Source of the DNA: an uncultured virus (IMG/VR IMGVR_UViG_3300013132_004380)
Taxonomy: Duplodnaviria; Heunggongvirae; Uroviricota; Caudoviricetes
Length of the DNA: 64,000 nucleotides
Direction: 5' to 3' (one strand)
Virus record (IMG/VR): IMGVR_UViG_3300013132_004380
The notes below the pieces were generated by a model. It had not been told where the DNA came from. It did no database searches and saw only the letters and a program-made list of their open reading frames with translations. Shown here one piece after another: positions 18,143 through 27,537 of the stretch. Each line of letters starts with the position of its first letter. Within the stretch, counting starts at the first letter, position 1. The position numbers were made by a program, and so were the translations under genes.

Positions 18143-18575
18143 GCCTTTTTTCCTTTACTACAAAGTCCAATGCTGTATACAATGAATCAAGATTCATTTC
18201 GTGTTGTTTATACCCTGTAATCACCGTAGAGAAATAATATTCGCTGGGGAAATCGTACTCATGATATGAGTCAGCCATATAATATATCATAGCTATGATA
18301 TTTTTATTGTTCCACTTAACTTTTACTTCTTTTTTTAAATAAAAATCAGGGTAACCTTCTAATCTATCTAAACTTCGTTCGCATGCTTCAGTGATAGACC
18401 ATAACGCACATTCCATCATTGATCCCAGATTCTGTTCGATATCACAAAAATGTTTAAATCTTAGTTCATGATCGAGCAACCAAACTTTTCCTAAACTAAT
18501 AGCATCAGGACATCTCGATTTCATACTATCTAAATTAGTATTCATACCGTATGCCAAATAATAAGTTCTTTTCAT
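18123..18575 (-). CDS. gamma-glutamylcyclotransferase-like protein
   Basis: YLAYGMN, LDRLEGYPDFY, PSEYY. Confidence 0.8.
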   Translation of the reverse strand: MKRTYYLAYGMNTNLDSMKSRCPDAISLGKVWLLDHELRFKHFCDIEQNLGSMMECALWSITEACERSLDRLEGYPDFYLKKEVKVKWNNKNIIAMIYYMADSYHEYDFPSEYYFSTVITGYKQHEMNLDSLYTALDFVVKEKRHEYSMG

Positions 18576-19105
18576 AGTGTTTTTAAATCGTATTTAGATA
18601 CTGCCTGTTTAATTGCTTGCGCTTGGCTTACACAGTCAGCTAAAGCATTGTGCAACATAGTTCCTGCTTTTCTGGTATCACCCAAGGCTTTTAGCAGTGT
18701 TCTGCTGTCTCTTATTGTATAATATGGCCATGGCGCAGGTTTGCCAAGCTGTCTATATAAGTTTTCCAATATGACTATATCGAAAACTGGCCCTTGAGCC
18801 CAGATGCGGTCTGCTCCTACGACAAATCGATTTAATTCACGAGTAAATTCTTCGAGACTAACACGATCATGTTCGCCTAATGCTTCTTCTCGAACTTCGT
18901 CGATTTGTTGGCCCCACCAGTCCACTGTGCCTTGATCGACGTTTCTACCTAATGCTATTTGTTCATCTACATCGATTCTATAATACAATCCAGTATCCAA
19001 CTCTTCATCCAAGTCGAAAGGGTTAAACTGAACTGCCCCAAACGTCAAGATTACACTGTCGGGACTTGTGGCTAAAGTCTCAAGATCCAACATAATGTCT
19101 TTCAT
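18572..19105 (-). CDS. DEDDh 3'-5' exonuclease (DexA-like)
   Basis: MLDLETL, WAQGPVFD, RDSRT, HNALADC. Confidence 0.85.
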   Translation of the reverse strand: MKDIMLDLETLATSPDSVILTFGAVQFNPFDLDEELDTGLYYRIDVDEQIALGRNVDQGTVDWWGQQIDEVREEALGEHDRVSLEEFTRELNRFVVGADRIWAQGPVFDIVILENLYRQLGKPAPWPYYTIRDSRTLLKALGDTRKAGTMLHNALADCVSQAQAIKQAVSKYDLKTL

Positions 19106-19420
19106 TTAAGCCTCTGGTTCTAATTTTACTATCAGGGGAAATCCGCTGTTACGGGCCAATAAAGTAACTTCTACTCCTTTTTGTTCGGCCATTTCATATG
19201 AAAGTGTAGCAACTATTCCGGAACCTTCTACATGAATTTTTTCTGTCATAACCTCTGCATCATCCCTTGAATAGTTAAAAACAATGATCAAAGTTTCTTC
19301 AACAAATTCTCGTGTGGTCACTTCATCATTGAGATAGATTACATGCCATAATATTGGGGCAGGAATATCTGTCTTGGGCTTGATTTTTGTTGTAACTTTT
19401 GGTTCTGCAATAGTAGTCAT
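19106..19420 (-). CDS. clpS: Clp protease adaptor ClpS
   Basis: VIYLNDEVTTREFV, IHVEGSG, EMAEQK, FPL. Confidence 0.85.
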   Translation of the reverse strand: MTTIAEPKVTTKIKPKTDIPAPILWHVIYLNDEVTTREFVEETLIIVFNYSRDDAEVMTEKIHVEGSGIVATLSYEMAEQKGVEVTLLARNSGFPLIVKLEPEA

Positions 19421-19430
19421 AGTTTAATTG

Positions 19431-19460
19431 AAAAAGTTAAGGGGGAATTGCTCCCCCCTT
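19431..19460 (-). terminator. rho-independent terminator after hsp20
   Basis: AAGGGGGGA-GCAA-TTCCCCCTT followed by AACTTTTT. Confidence 0.7.
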
Positions 19461-19468
19461 GTATTATA

Positions 19469-19912
19469 TTACTTAGTGTAAGTAATTGCAATTTTTTTGG
19501 CTTTATGCTCTTCAGGAATTACTAATTCCAAAGCTACAGCCAAAATTCCGTTTTTAACGGTTGCCGCACGAACTTGAACATCAGGATTTAAAGTAAATAA
19601 ACGCTCGAAATTTCTGGTGCTAATACCTTTATGAGCATAAGTAATTTCAGGCGCATCTTTTTTAACTTTAGAACCTTTTACTACAAGAACTTGGTCCTTG
19701 AGTTCAATGTCCAGTTCATCTTCCTCAAATCCTGCAACTGCAACTTCAATAACGTAGTGTGTGTCATCCAATTGTGCAATATTGTAGGGTGGGTAATTGT
19801 CTTTACCACTATTAGCAAATGTACGACCCAAATCATTAAACATGCGGTCAAAACCAATAGTGTGACGAGCAAAAGTAGGAAGATCGATTGTGCGAAGTTC
19901 AAATTGTGTCAT
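19469..19912 (-). CDS. small heat shock protein (IbpA/Hsp20)
   Basis: IGFDRMF, YPPYNI, IEVAVAGF, HKGISTRNFER, NGIL. Confidence 0.92.
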   Translation of the reverse strand: MTQFELRTIDLPTFARHTIGFDRMFNDLGRTFANSGKDNYPPYNIAQLDDTHYVIEVAVAGFEEDELDIELKDQVLVVKGSKVKKDAPEITYAHKGISTRNFERLFTLNPDVQVRAATVKNGILAVALELVIPEEHKAKKIAITYTK

Positions 19913-19985
19913 AATATTCTCCTTTTAAATTAAGCAAGTATGACTTTGTTGTAGCCCGACCATCGGCACTACAAATGTATTTATA
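19913..19985 (-). promoter_or_regulatory. late promoter and ROSE-like RNA thermometer leader
   Basis: TATAAATA, a 5' hairpin, then CTTGCT able to pair with the AGGAG SD. Confidence 0.55.
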
Positions 19986-19991
19986 CAGGAT

Positions 19992-20234
19992 TTAATTAGC
20001 TTTGTCAACTTTCATCGGTTCAATCAATTTGTAAGGTAGATAGTTGTGCAGTTCTTTAGTTCCCCAATATAAACAAAAAGCAGTATAATCGGAGTCAGAA
20101 GGCACTGTCATTTTTACTGCCATTTTGTGATTCTTTAACGTATAAGGGATACCAGTTTGTTGTGACCAATGTTCCACTTCGGAAGTTAAAATTTCATAAA
20201 GATTATAGTCAAGGTCAAATCTTATATACATCAA
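19992..20234 (-). CDS. hypothetical protein
   Basis: 80 aa ORF coupled to rpsU. Confidence 0.6.
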   Translation of the reverse strand: MMYIRFDLDYNLYEILTSEVEHWSQQTGIPYTLKNHKMAVKMTVPSDSDYTAFCLYWGTKELHNYLPYKLIEPMKVDKAN

Positions 20235-20467
20235 TACATTTTTTTAGGCAATGCTTCAGAAGCTAATTTTTTCCGCCATCGATTCTTCGCCGCACTTGCT
20301 GCTTTTTTTCTTGCAATGGTTGGCTTTTCATAGCTTTCACGCTCACGCAAATCTTGCAGAATACCACTGTCTGCAACTTTTTTCTTAAACTTGCGCATTG
20401 CTTTTTCAAAGTTGCCATCTGTGACAACTACTGTAGTTCCTGATAAAAATTTTGTCTTATTTAACAT
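20231..20467 (-). CDS. rpsU: ribosomal protein bS21
   Basis: NFEKAMRKFKKKV..SGILQDLRERESYEKPT..RKK. Confidence 0.92.
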   Translation of the reverse strand: MLNKTKFLSGTTVVVTDGNFEKAMRKFKKKVADSGILQDLRERESYEKPTIARKKAASAAKNRWRKKLASEALPKKMY

Positions 20468-20732
20468 ACTCGTCTAAGGTCCTTAACCATTCAATTGGAT
20501 CTAATGCTTTGTAATTTTTATAATCTAATACTTTGATACAGGATGTTCTAATTCCTTCATACCATTGCACATCATTCATGGAATCGTTGTAAATGTAAAT
20601 ATCATAAATTTTATCACTTAGATGATTAACAAATTCTGATATTTGTTCTGTAGTCCATGTACAATTTCTAATTAAAATTTTAGGAACACTTCTATCAAAT
20701 TCGTAGTCAGGGGGTGTAAATATTCTTGGCAT
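20457..20732 (-). CDS. hypothetical protein
   Basis: 91 aa ORF in operon. Confidence 0.6.
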   Translation of the reverse strand: MPRIFTPPDYEFDRSVPKILIRNCTWTTEQISEFVNHLSDKIYDIYIYNDSMNDVQWYEGIRTSCIKVLDYKNYKALDPIEWLRTLDEYVK

Positions 20733-20733
20733 A

Positions 20734-21510
20734 TCAGTTCTTTATAGTAATAAGTAAATGCCATCCCAGTTTGCGTTCCATAATTTTAAACAGTTCGTCA
20801 GGCATTGCAGCAAACCAGGGCTGTTTTACGTATTCATATTTAACATAATTTTCTATTACCCAAGGGAAAATAAAATCTTGTTCAATGTCGACATTGTCAA
20901 AAAACCGAAATAATTCTTTTACTTCACTGTGAGTATATGTTAATGCTTGGGGACAGTCACTCTGTGCCTCGGGCTGATCCCAACCTGCGTCTATTAGAAT
21001 ATTTTTCCAACTATTTTTAGCGTAAAGCATGCATTTAATTTCACCGCGGTCGGCCAGAAGTGCGGGCAAACAAGCCACAACACGATCAGGACGTGGCGCA
21101 TGATGAATTACGCCAAAACTATAAATTAGATCAAATTTTTCTCCGTTTGTAAAAATCTTATCTAATTCTTCAGCGTTGCATTCTATAAACGTACCCTTCA
21201 ATCCGAAAATTTCAAATCTTTGTTTGGCCAGCGCGATACTTTCGCTGCTTAAATCTACTCCGGTATAAATGGCGCCGCGGCGAGCAAAGTTGACTGCATC
21301 TGTACCAATTCCACATCCTATTTCAAGTACACGTAGGCCTTCCCATTTATGAAATTCAGGAAAAGTAAAATTGTGTGGTTCATTTGCATATCGTCTTGCT
21401 TCTACTTCATCAAAATATTCCTTTGACCCTATTAGACTTTGACTGTGTCTGATATTGCAAGGCCGATTGTTCCAGTATGTTCTTACTTGTTCTAATAGAT
21501 CGTTGTTCAT
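20734..21510 (-). CDS. class I SAM-dependent methyltransferase
   Basis: [26 protein letters not shown]. Confidence 0.88.
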   Translation of the reverse strand: MNNDLLEQVRTYWNNRPCNIRHSQSLIGSKEYFDEVEARRYANEPHNFTFPEFHKWEGLRVLEIGCGIGTDAVNFARRGAIYTGVDLSSESIALAKQRFEIFGLKGTFIECNAEELDKIFTNGEKFDLIYSFGVIHHAPRPDRVVACLPALLADRGEIKCMLYAKNSWKNILIDAGWDQPEAQSDCPQALTYTHSEVKELFRFFDNVDIEQDFIFPWVIENYVKYEYVKQPWFAAMPDELFKIMERKLGWHLLITIKN

Positions 21511-22211
21511 TTTTGATTAGCTAATTTTGTTATCCATTGTTCCAACTCTTTTCTTCTGTCGGGGTGACTGTAATCTTCTGGATTTGTTGGATCTTTACCA
21601 TCTGCTGCATAACTTTGTTCTTGAAAAGTTTCATCATTATTTTGGCCAGTTACATCTGCCCGATTATGATACACTTGTACAGGAATGTTGCGAATTCTAT
21701 TACAATGATACGTCACATGAAAGATCCACCAATCACTGTGATTAACGGGACTAATTTTACCGAAAAACTCGATCCAGTCTCTAGGAATTATAGGGAATAA
21801 CGCGAACGGATGATCCATGTTTACGCAGGGCATACGAAGCAGTCCCCAATGATCAGAATTTTTTAAAATTTCTTCATCCCAACCATCAGTTAACATTAGA
21901 GCATCGTCATTCCAAAACATTAGCCAATCTCCCGATGCTTGTTCCCCGAGAAAATTTACATATCGGTAAAGACGCAAATAGCCAAATCTTTCTGTTTCAA
22001 ATACTTTGGTACTGGCCCCAGATTGTTCTACAAAAGGAAACCAAGTACTACTAAAAAATTCTCTACTTTCATCATCATCATCGTCATATGCAATAAGAAT
22101 TTCTAAATTAGAAGGATTTTTTGCTGTGCTTAAAATACTACCAATACTTTTGATTACCGTGTCTACCCTTTTTCTAGTAGGTAGAAGAATAGATATTTTA
22201 GGATTCGTCAT
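21507..22211 (-). CDS. GT-A (GT2-like) glycosyltransferase
   Basis: [29 protein letters not shown]. Confidence 0.8.
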   Translation of the reverse strand: MTNPKISILLPTRKRVDTVIKSIGSILSTAKNPSNLEILIAYDDDDDESREFFSSTWFPFVEQSGASTKVFETERFGYLRLYRYVNFLGEQASGDWLMFWNDDALMLTDGWDEEILKNSDHWGLLRMPCVNMDHPFALFPIIPRDWIEFFGKISPVNHSDWWIFHVTYHCNRIRNIPVQVYHNRADVTGQNNDETFQEQSYAADGKDPTNPEDYSHPDRRKELEQWITKLANQK

Positions 22212-22219
22212 TGTGATGG

Positions 22220-23761
22220 TTATTGTTTTTTAAGTTTTTCTGCAACTAAGTCTTGCTCAGTTGCAGTTAGTTGATCAATTTCATATTCGCCGGACTGAAG
22301 TTTATTTACTAAGAACTCTATATACTTATCATCATAACTATAGCTGTCAGTTTTGTTTTTGTCAACTTCGATCCATTTTGCGCCATTAAATTTGTATAGC
22401 TTATTAGGTTTATAATCTACTCTCAGAAACAAATCGCCTTTATTTGGCATTACAGTGAATTCCGTCCCGAAATTGCTTTTGTTAGAGATAGGTTGTTGGA
22501 TGTTATCTGCTTGTAAACTTCCTAAAGTACTATCGAATTTCTTAGCTATTGCCGGCCACATATAATAAAAAACATCTTTGCTATACTTTTTATCATTTAC
22601 TTCGTAATATCCACCTTCCATTTTTTTAATCTTCATTCCATTAACTAAAAATGTATCCTTGTCTTCGGTTGGCAAAATTTCATTATCCACTGTGGGTTTA
22701 TCTACGACAAGGGGCGCCACCGTTTCTATAGGTTGCACAATTTTGTATTCTATTATTGTACTTTTATTTGCAGATTTTTTATTTGAACGTTTTTTAATGG
22801 GCTGAGGAATGTTGTCTTCCTCATTATCGAAGGTGTTCCCTGGTATAGGTTTTCCAGACGGAAAATGAACCCAAGGCTTAAACAAATAACTGTGTTTAGA
22901 TATTTCGAAATTGTCAAAATCTGATTCTAAATTTTCAGAAGTTTTTTTTTCAGCTTGGATATTTTCTTCGATAGGTGATTTGTCGATCTTCGCTGTTCGT
23001 TTATTGGACAAATGCCAAATAATACTTTGTTGAGCAGCAAGGATGAGTACTAACGCCAATGGATCAAATACAGCAACTATAACAATGATCATCCAGCTAA
23101 CTGCTTTTTCTAATAGATCAGCGTCTGGATTAGGACCATAAACCAATGCAGCAATATACTTTATTGGGCCGACTTCGGATTCAACTTTCCTGAGTTCTGC
23201 GGCCACTGGTGCTCGTTCAGCACTTAATTTTTGTATTTCTTTTTGTGCGGTGTCAATGTCTTTTAAAAGCCTATTGCGCTCTGCTGTTTGTTGACGACGA
23301 AGTTGTGCTGCTCTTTCTACGCCCTGTTCGCTTGTTCCGCGGGATAATCTTTCATTTACTTGCGCATCCATTTGTGTCATTGATCGTCTTGCTGCATCGA
23401 TATTTTCCCGTTGTATTTTTATTTTTTCATCGAATAATGCCAATTGTGCGCTGCTATTTCCTGTAACCAAAGTTTGATCACTGTGAGCTTTGCTTAAAAA
23501 GCCAAAGATTCCCATGCTGGTAAGCAGCATTAGAACTGCAACTGCAGGAACAAGATAAAGTTTGTAAGTAAATTTGGCTCTGTGCCAATTAAGTTTTAAC
23601 CAGACCGCGGCTGTAATTTTTCCTATTTCTAATGCAGCACCCATTATGATAATAGGAACAACCGCTGTAGAAAATATTGCTGTCAAGCCTGCTATACTAT
23701 AAAACGCTGCGATACTACTAATTATTAGTGCAACTATTAAGGTAAAAATTCCAAATATCAT
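22220..23761 (-). CDS. multi-pass membrane protein with coiled coil
   Basis: 3 N-terminal TM, long coiled coil, VFDPLALVLILAA TM, C-terminal PNKGDLFLRVD domain. Confidence 0.75.
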   Translation of the reverse strand: MIFGIFTLIVALIISSIAAFYSIAGLTAIFSTAVVPIIIMGAALEIGKITAAVWLKLNWHRAKFTYKLYLVPAVAVLMLLTSMGIFGFLSKAHSDQTLVTGNSSAQLALFDEKIKIQRENIDAARRSMTQMDAQVNERLSRGTSEQGVERAAQLRRQQTAERNRLLKDIDTAQKEIQKLSAERAPVAAELRKVESEVGPIKYIAALVYGPNPDADLLEKAVSWMIIVIVAVFDPLALVLILAAQQSIIWHLSNKRTAKIDKSPIEENIQAEKKTSENLESDFDNFEISKHSYLFKPWVHFPSGKPIPGNTFDNEEDNIPQPIKKRSNKKSANKSTIIEYKIVQPIETVAPLVVDKPTVDNEILPTEDKDTFLVNGMKIKKMEGGYYEVNDKKYSKDVFYYMWPAIAKKFDSTLGSLQADNIQQPISNKSNFGTEFTVMPNKGDLFLRVDYKPNKLYKFNGAKWIEVDKNKTDSYSYDDKYIEFLVNKLQSGEYEIDQLTATEQDLVAEKLKKQ

Positions 23762-23773
23762 AATCAGTATTTA

Positions 23774-24133
23774 TTAAGTTATACGCACCTTTTTTGATTG
23801 AAGCCTGTCACTATAAAGTTGTCTCCCACGTGCTCGTATAAGGTCTGCTGTATCTTGTGGGCTTTGATCAAACCAATCTCGGATATCATCTGGAGTAATT
23901 GTGTCGTCTACTTCAACTATATAAATTTCGTAATGTCGATGAGTATTGAACCGAGCTCTCATCATTAGTTTCCATACTATGGAAGTAGCCGTTTCTGATC
24001 TACCTGACCAGTCATCTTCTTTTGTATGGTCACGCATCAGTGCTTGCCAAGTTTCTTCTTTGGCTATGTCAGACACGCAAATTACAGACTCTAAACCTGT
24101 GCAATCCCAGCTTAACACATAACTTTTAGACAT
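23774..24133 (-). CDS. hypothetical protein
   Basis: WDCTGLE...RARFNTHRHYEIY; likely start MSKS. Confidence 0.7.
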   Translation of the reverse strand: MSKSYVLSWDCTGLESVICVSDIAKEETWQALMRDHTKEDDWSGRSETATSIVWKLMMRARFNTHRHYEIYIVEVDDTITPDDIRDWFDQSPQDTADLIRARGRQLYSDRLQSKKVRIT

Positions 24134-24278
24134 TTGATTTACTGGCAAACAAGTCAATCAAAATCACGGTAAGAATAATTGCGGACCAAATACCAGGAGA
24201 TTGAGAAAAAGTTATTCCGCTTTCTCCTAACAAATATCCCAACAGTGCATAAAGAGCGACTCTCACAAACATAGTCAT
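24126..24278 (-). CDS. small two-TM membrane protein
   Basis: ATG at 24278 after GGAGG; hydrophobic. Confidence 0.55.
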   Translation of the reverse strand: MTMFVRVALYALLGYLLGESGITFSQSPGIWSAIILTVILIDLFASKSNV

Positions 24279-24279
24279 G

Positions 24280-24429
24280 TCAGACCTCCACAAACCAAAC
24301 GTCCCAACTTTTGCGTCTAATCCTGGAAATATCAAAACTGTTTTTATAACAGTGCACCCAAGCATCCAAATAAAATCCAAACTCATTGGGGCCCAGCATG
24401 GTTTTATCAGTTTTTTCCATCTTCAACAT
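24280..24429 (-). CDS. 49 aa hypothetical protein (below ORF-track cutoff)
   Basis: AAGGA SD; MLKMEKTDK...WDVWFVEV* fills the gap exactly. Confidence 0.55.
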   Translation of the reverse strand: MLKMEKTDKTMLGPNEFGFYLDAWVHCYKNSFDISRIRRKSWDVWFVEV

Positions 24430-24438
24430 AACGATTCC

Positions 24439-24753
24439 TTAGTATTGATTAAGTGAGGGACCAAGGTCAGCAATCAATTCACGTTCCCGGGCATGGGCAG
24501 GTTTGCGACCCCGGATAGTTTCAAGCACATCAATTTCAAACACATCGGGTCCATGATCGCGAATGCTGCGACACAGGTTCCAATCTTTGTTCTCGGTTAG
24601 TGCACGACGAACGTGCTTTTGCCAACGAACTTTTACGGCCTGTTTAAGTTTCTGTCCACATGCAGTAATTCCGATGTAGAAGTCACCCGTCGCAGTGTTC
24701 ATGATCATGTACACGGCGTGCTTGCGGTCTTGGCGTGTTTTACGTTTCAGCAT
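24439..24753 (-). CDS. minimal GIY-YIG nuclease-domain protein
   Basis: AVYMIMNTATGDFYIGIT, RWQKH, ERELI, LN. Confidence 0.75.
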   Translation of the reverse strand: MLKRKTRQDRKHAVYMIMNTATGDFYIGITACGQKLKQAVKVRWQKHVRRALTENKDWNLCRSIRDHGPDVFEIDVLETIRGRKPAHARERELIADLGPSLNQY

Positions 24754-24759
24754 ATCAAT

Positions 24760-24788
24760 ATTATACCGAAATATTGAATATTTGTCAA
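24760..24788 (-). promoter_or_regulatory. repeated early sigma70 promoter, leaderless geometry
   Basis: Identical to 400-428; ATG 6 nt after TATAAT. Confidence 0.9.
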
Positions 24789-24794
24789 CCGATT

Positions 24795-24965
24795 TTACTG
24801 CAATTCCAACACATCAGCAGTGTAGCTGCCATACAAATACTGCAGGGTTTTCCATACAGATTCATCGACATTATAATGTTGGCGAAGTTGGGTGTAAACT
24901 TCGCGAAACCAATTATCATCGCCGCGGACTTGTGCATACTGTTGGGCACGTTTGAGAAAGTCCAT
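24795..24965 (-). CDS. 56 aa hypothetical early protein (below ORF-track cutoff)
   Basis: GGAG SD; MDFLKRAQQY...DVLELQ* between two promoters. Confidence 0.6.
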   Translation of the reverse strand: MDFLKRAQQYAQVRGDDNWFREVYTQLRQHYNVDESVWKTLQYLYGSYTADVLELQ

Positions 24966-24997
24966 CTGCTTGCTCCGTTTCGTTCACTGTAGCCACT

Positions 24998-25026
24998 ATT
25001 ATAGCACCGAATTTAATGGCTGTCAA
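24998..25026 (-). promoter_or_regulatory. sigma70 promoter lacking the palindromic spacer
   Basis: TTGACA-GCCATTAAATTCGGTGC-TATAAT. Confidence 0.85.
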
Positions 25027-25030
25027 CCGG

Positions 25031-25276
25031 TTAAAAATCAGCAGTGATGGCATGACTCTGAGTATCGTATTTCACAAATACTTTTCCAACTTCGTTTTCG
25101 CCAGTGCCGGCTTCATCAAAGTAAGTGACCTTGTAGCAGAATTCGCCACCAGTAGTCAAGCCCACAAATTTCGCAGTTTGAAAAGAACACATACTGTAGC
25201 CCGATGCATCCAGAATCTTGGCCAGGAGTTTGGGGGTCAATGTAACGAGATACTGAAGTGTGTCTGCCATGATCAT
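25031..25276 (-). CDS. hypothetical early protein
   Basis: GGAG SD, own promoter. Confidence 0.7.
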   Translation of the reverse strand: MIMADTLQYLVTLTPKLLAKILDASGYSMCSFQTAKFVGLTTGGEFCYKVTYFDEAGTGENEVGKVFVKYDTQSHAITADF

Positions 25277-25309
25277 GTTGCTGACTCCGTTTTGTTACTG
25301 TATGATGCT

Positions 25310-25338
25310 ATTATACCGAAATATTGAATATTTGTCAA
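25310..25338 (-). promoter_or_regulatory. repeated early sigma70 promoter
   Basis: Identical to 400-428. Confidence 0.9.
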
Positions 25339-25343
25339 CCGAA

Positions 25344-25556
25344 TTATTGGGCTAAAATACGTAGAGATTCCCCGTGAAGATAATCCATTTCGGACTGTTC
25401 TACATAAAAATCTGTGCGGGGGTCCCAATATTGGCCAGCCTTGGAATCATAGTACAAAATTCTACCATTACCGTAAATGAACGGTCCCTCAAGACCTTTT
25501 CGTTTGCCAAAGCCTTGAAGTAGGTCTTCAGTTTTCCCTAGAACTTTGTAACCCAT
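25344..25556 (-). CDS. hypothetical early protein
   Basis: AGGAG SD; GLEGPF..YYDSKAGQYWDPRTDFYV. Confidence 0.7.
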   Translation of the reverse strand: MGYKVLGKTEDLLQGFGKRKGLEGPFIYGNGRILYYDSKAGQYWDPRTDFYVEQSEMDYLHGESLRILAQ

Positions 25557-25585
25557 TGCTACTCCTGTTTATTCAGTATTCAAGC

Positions 25586-25614
25586 ATTATACCGAAATAT
25601 TGAATATTTGTCAA
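25586..25614 (-). promoter_or_regulatory. repeated early sigma70 promoter
   Basis: Identical to 400-428. Confidence 0.9.
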
Positions 25615-25615
25615 T

Positions 25616-25837
25616 CTAGTGTAGCGTAACAGGATCCATATTTGATACGCCAAAAAACTTAAGAACAGATTCTACATTGTCAGGCACTGCACTGTCTTGG
25701 TTAATTTCTGGCATAAGCACAGATTTTAAGTTTCCTTCGCTGTCCAACACGAAAACATAATCATCATCTGCCAAACTGTCTAAAAAGTCACCCTCATTAA
25801 TATCTTCTAATTCATTTTCATTGGAAGGTCGTTGCAT
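25616..25837 (-). CDS. acidic hypothetical protein
   Basis: 73 aa ORF. Confidence 0.6.
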   Translation of the reverse strand: MQRPSNENELEDINEGDFLDSLADDDYVFVLDSEGNLKSVLMPEINQDSAVPDNVESVLKFFGVSNMDPVTLH

Positions 25838-26474
25838 AATATTGCTTCTCCAGTTGTTTATTATATAATTTTATTAGTTTAGAAAGTTTGGCGATTACAG
25901 GATCTGTTTCACTAAAAAACTTTGTGTAGGTTTTGAATACATTTGTATCCTCAATAGTTGACATAGAACCAGATGATCGATTTATAATTAATTCTGCTGC
26001 AGCCATAAAAGCATATGCACCAATTTCATCAGAATCACCGTAATATTCTTCTACTTCCTTCAAGTTTAAATTGTCGTTATTACTTTTATATTGTCTAGTC
26101 CAACGATAATTTCTATTTCTGAATTGATGTAAATGTACAAATTCATGACCAAGTGTACTTGCTAAATCTATACAGAGCTCAGCCCAGTGGTCTCTGCGCA
26201 AGTCCGATTCATTAAAAGTAAAAGTTGTTTTTCTTGGAAATGCTATTTCTATGGTAATTGGGGGCTTGCCTTGTTCATCTTGGTCAGGATCGTATAAGCC
26301 CGAAACATTAAATTTTCCAGGAGGTAAACTTAATGTTTCCACACTACAAAATACACATTCTTCATATGGTACAGCATTTTTAATGCTCTTAAAGATTTTT
26401 TTCGATTCTACTGTTTGATTCAAAAGTTTGTCATAAACTTTGTACAAACTTTCTAATAGTTGAAAATAATTCAT
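25818..26474 (-). CDS. putative zincin-like metalloprotease
   Basis: LGHEFVHLHQ (HExxH) with distal EIGAYA. Confidence 0.6.
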   Translation of the reverse strand: MNYFQLLESLYKVYDKLLNQTVESKKIFKSIKNAVPYEECVFCSVETLSLPPGKFNVSGLYDPDQDEQGKPPITIEIAFPRKTTFTFNESDLRRDHWAELCIDLASTLGHEFVHLHQFRNRNYRWTRQYKSNNDNLNLKEVEEYYGDSDEIGAYAFMAAAELIINRSSGSMSTIEDTNVFKTYTKFFSETDPVIAKLSKLIKLYNKQLEKQYYATTFQ

Positions 26475-26475
26475 T

Positions 26476-26805
26476 TTATTTAAAAAGTATAAAAGCCATC
26501 AATACTGCTTGCGCAATAAAGCCAGCACCGATAGTAATAATATTTAACTGATCTCTTAAAATTATAGCTCTTGCAAACAATAATACCAAAGCAGACCAAA
26601 TAAACAAAATCATTTCTAAATTAGGCAATCTATCAGTCAATGCACTCATTAAAGCAATAAGACTGGGAATAGTAGCAGCATGCAAAACAATAGCAGCCAT
26701 CCATCCTAGTGTATTTGCAGTAATTTTTTGCAAGTGCACCAAAAAGAATTTTTTAATCAATAAACAAAATTTTAAAAAACTAAATTTTAAAGTTGACAGT
26801 TTCAT
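26476..26805 (-). CDS. three-TM membrane protein (PQ-loop/SemiSWEET-like?)
   Basis: LGWMAAIVLHAATIPSLI; three hydrophobic helices. Confidence 0.55.
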   Translation of the reverse strand: MKLSTLKFSFLKFCLLIKKFFLVHLQKITANTLGWMAAIVLHAATIPSLIALMSALTDRLPNLEMILFIWSALVLLFARAIILRDQLNIITIGAGFIAQAVLMAFILFK

Positions 26806-26807
26806 TT

Positions 26808-27419
26808 CTAATCTCTATAAAAAATGTGTTGGCCAATTTGGGTAATTTTGGTTTTATTCCACCCAGGACGCACTGTAGTATTGTGAAAATACATTGCTTT
26901 AGTTAAATGGGGGAGCCTATAATTTTCAATATAAACTTTTTTTGCAATTTCCTGACTTTCTTTGAATAATCTTTGATTTCTAGGTGGAATTCTAGATTTA
27001 GCAGTACAAGTCCAACTAAATTGGCAAATTACGTTTTTATAAAGTTTTGTTCTTTGAAAAACAACTTGACACAAAGTTTCCCCATACCTGCCAGATTCTA
27101 GTCTGTTTAAAGTAACTTGCGCAACAGCAACCTTTCCTTCAAATGATTCACCAGCAGCTTCCCAATAAATGTTTTTTGCTAAACATTCCAACTGTATAGC
27201 TTTTTCTGCCATAATTTTTTGCTGATGTGCTTTAGCTGCATCCGCTTTTTGTAATTGTTCCATTTGTAAAGCATTTTCCAATTTTAAATTACGCAATTTA
27301 GAGTCTGTGACTCCATAAACTGCAAAAACTGTGGCAAATAATGCAGTGCCGAAAGTAATGGTTGCTATACCATTTATAATGGTTTTATAGCAAATATGAG
27401 ATAATCCCATAGTTGTCAT
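26808..27419 (-). CDS. cell wall hydrolase (SleB/CwlJ, Hydrolase_2)
   Basis: CLAKNIYWEAAGE, GKVAVAQVTLNR, CQFSW, IGQHIFY. Confidence 0.9.
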   Translation of the reverse strand: MTTMGLSHICYKTIINGIATITFGTALFATVFAVYGVTDSKLRNLKLENALQMEQLQKADAAKAHQQKIMAEKAIQLECLAKNIYWEAAGESFEGKVAVAQVTLNRLESGRYGETLCQVVFQRTKLYKNVICQFSWTCTAKSRIPPRNQRLFKESQEIAKKVYIENYRLPHLTKAMYFHNTTVRPGWNKTKITQIGQHIFYRD

Positions 27420-27537
27420 AATGACCTCCTTTTTTGAATAGCGTAGTTTTTATATATTTCCTAAAAAATAGATAAAAATGCTACTATATTAACTGTTAAT
27501 AATCACAGTTTTAAGAATTTAAATCAAAGATTATGGT

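Noticed and set aside
24760..25614. 29-nt repeats resembling a CRISPR array
   Set aside because: They are consensus sigma70 promoters separated by whole genes of variable length; no cas operon. The 36555-37244 nuclease lacks Cas4 Cys clusters.
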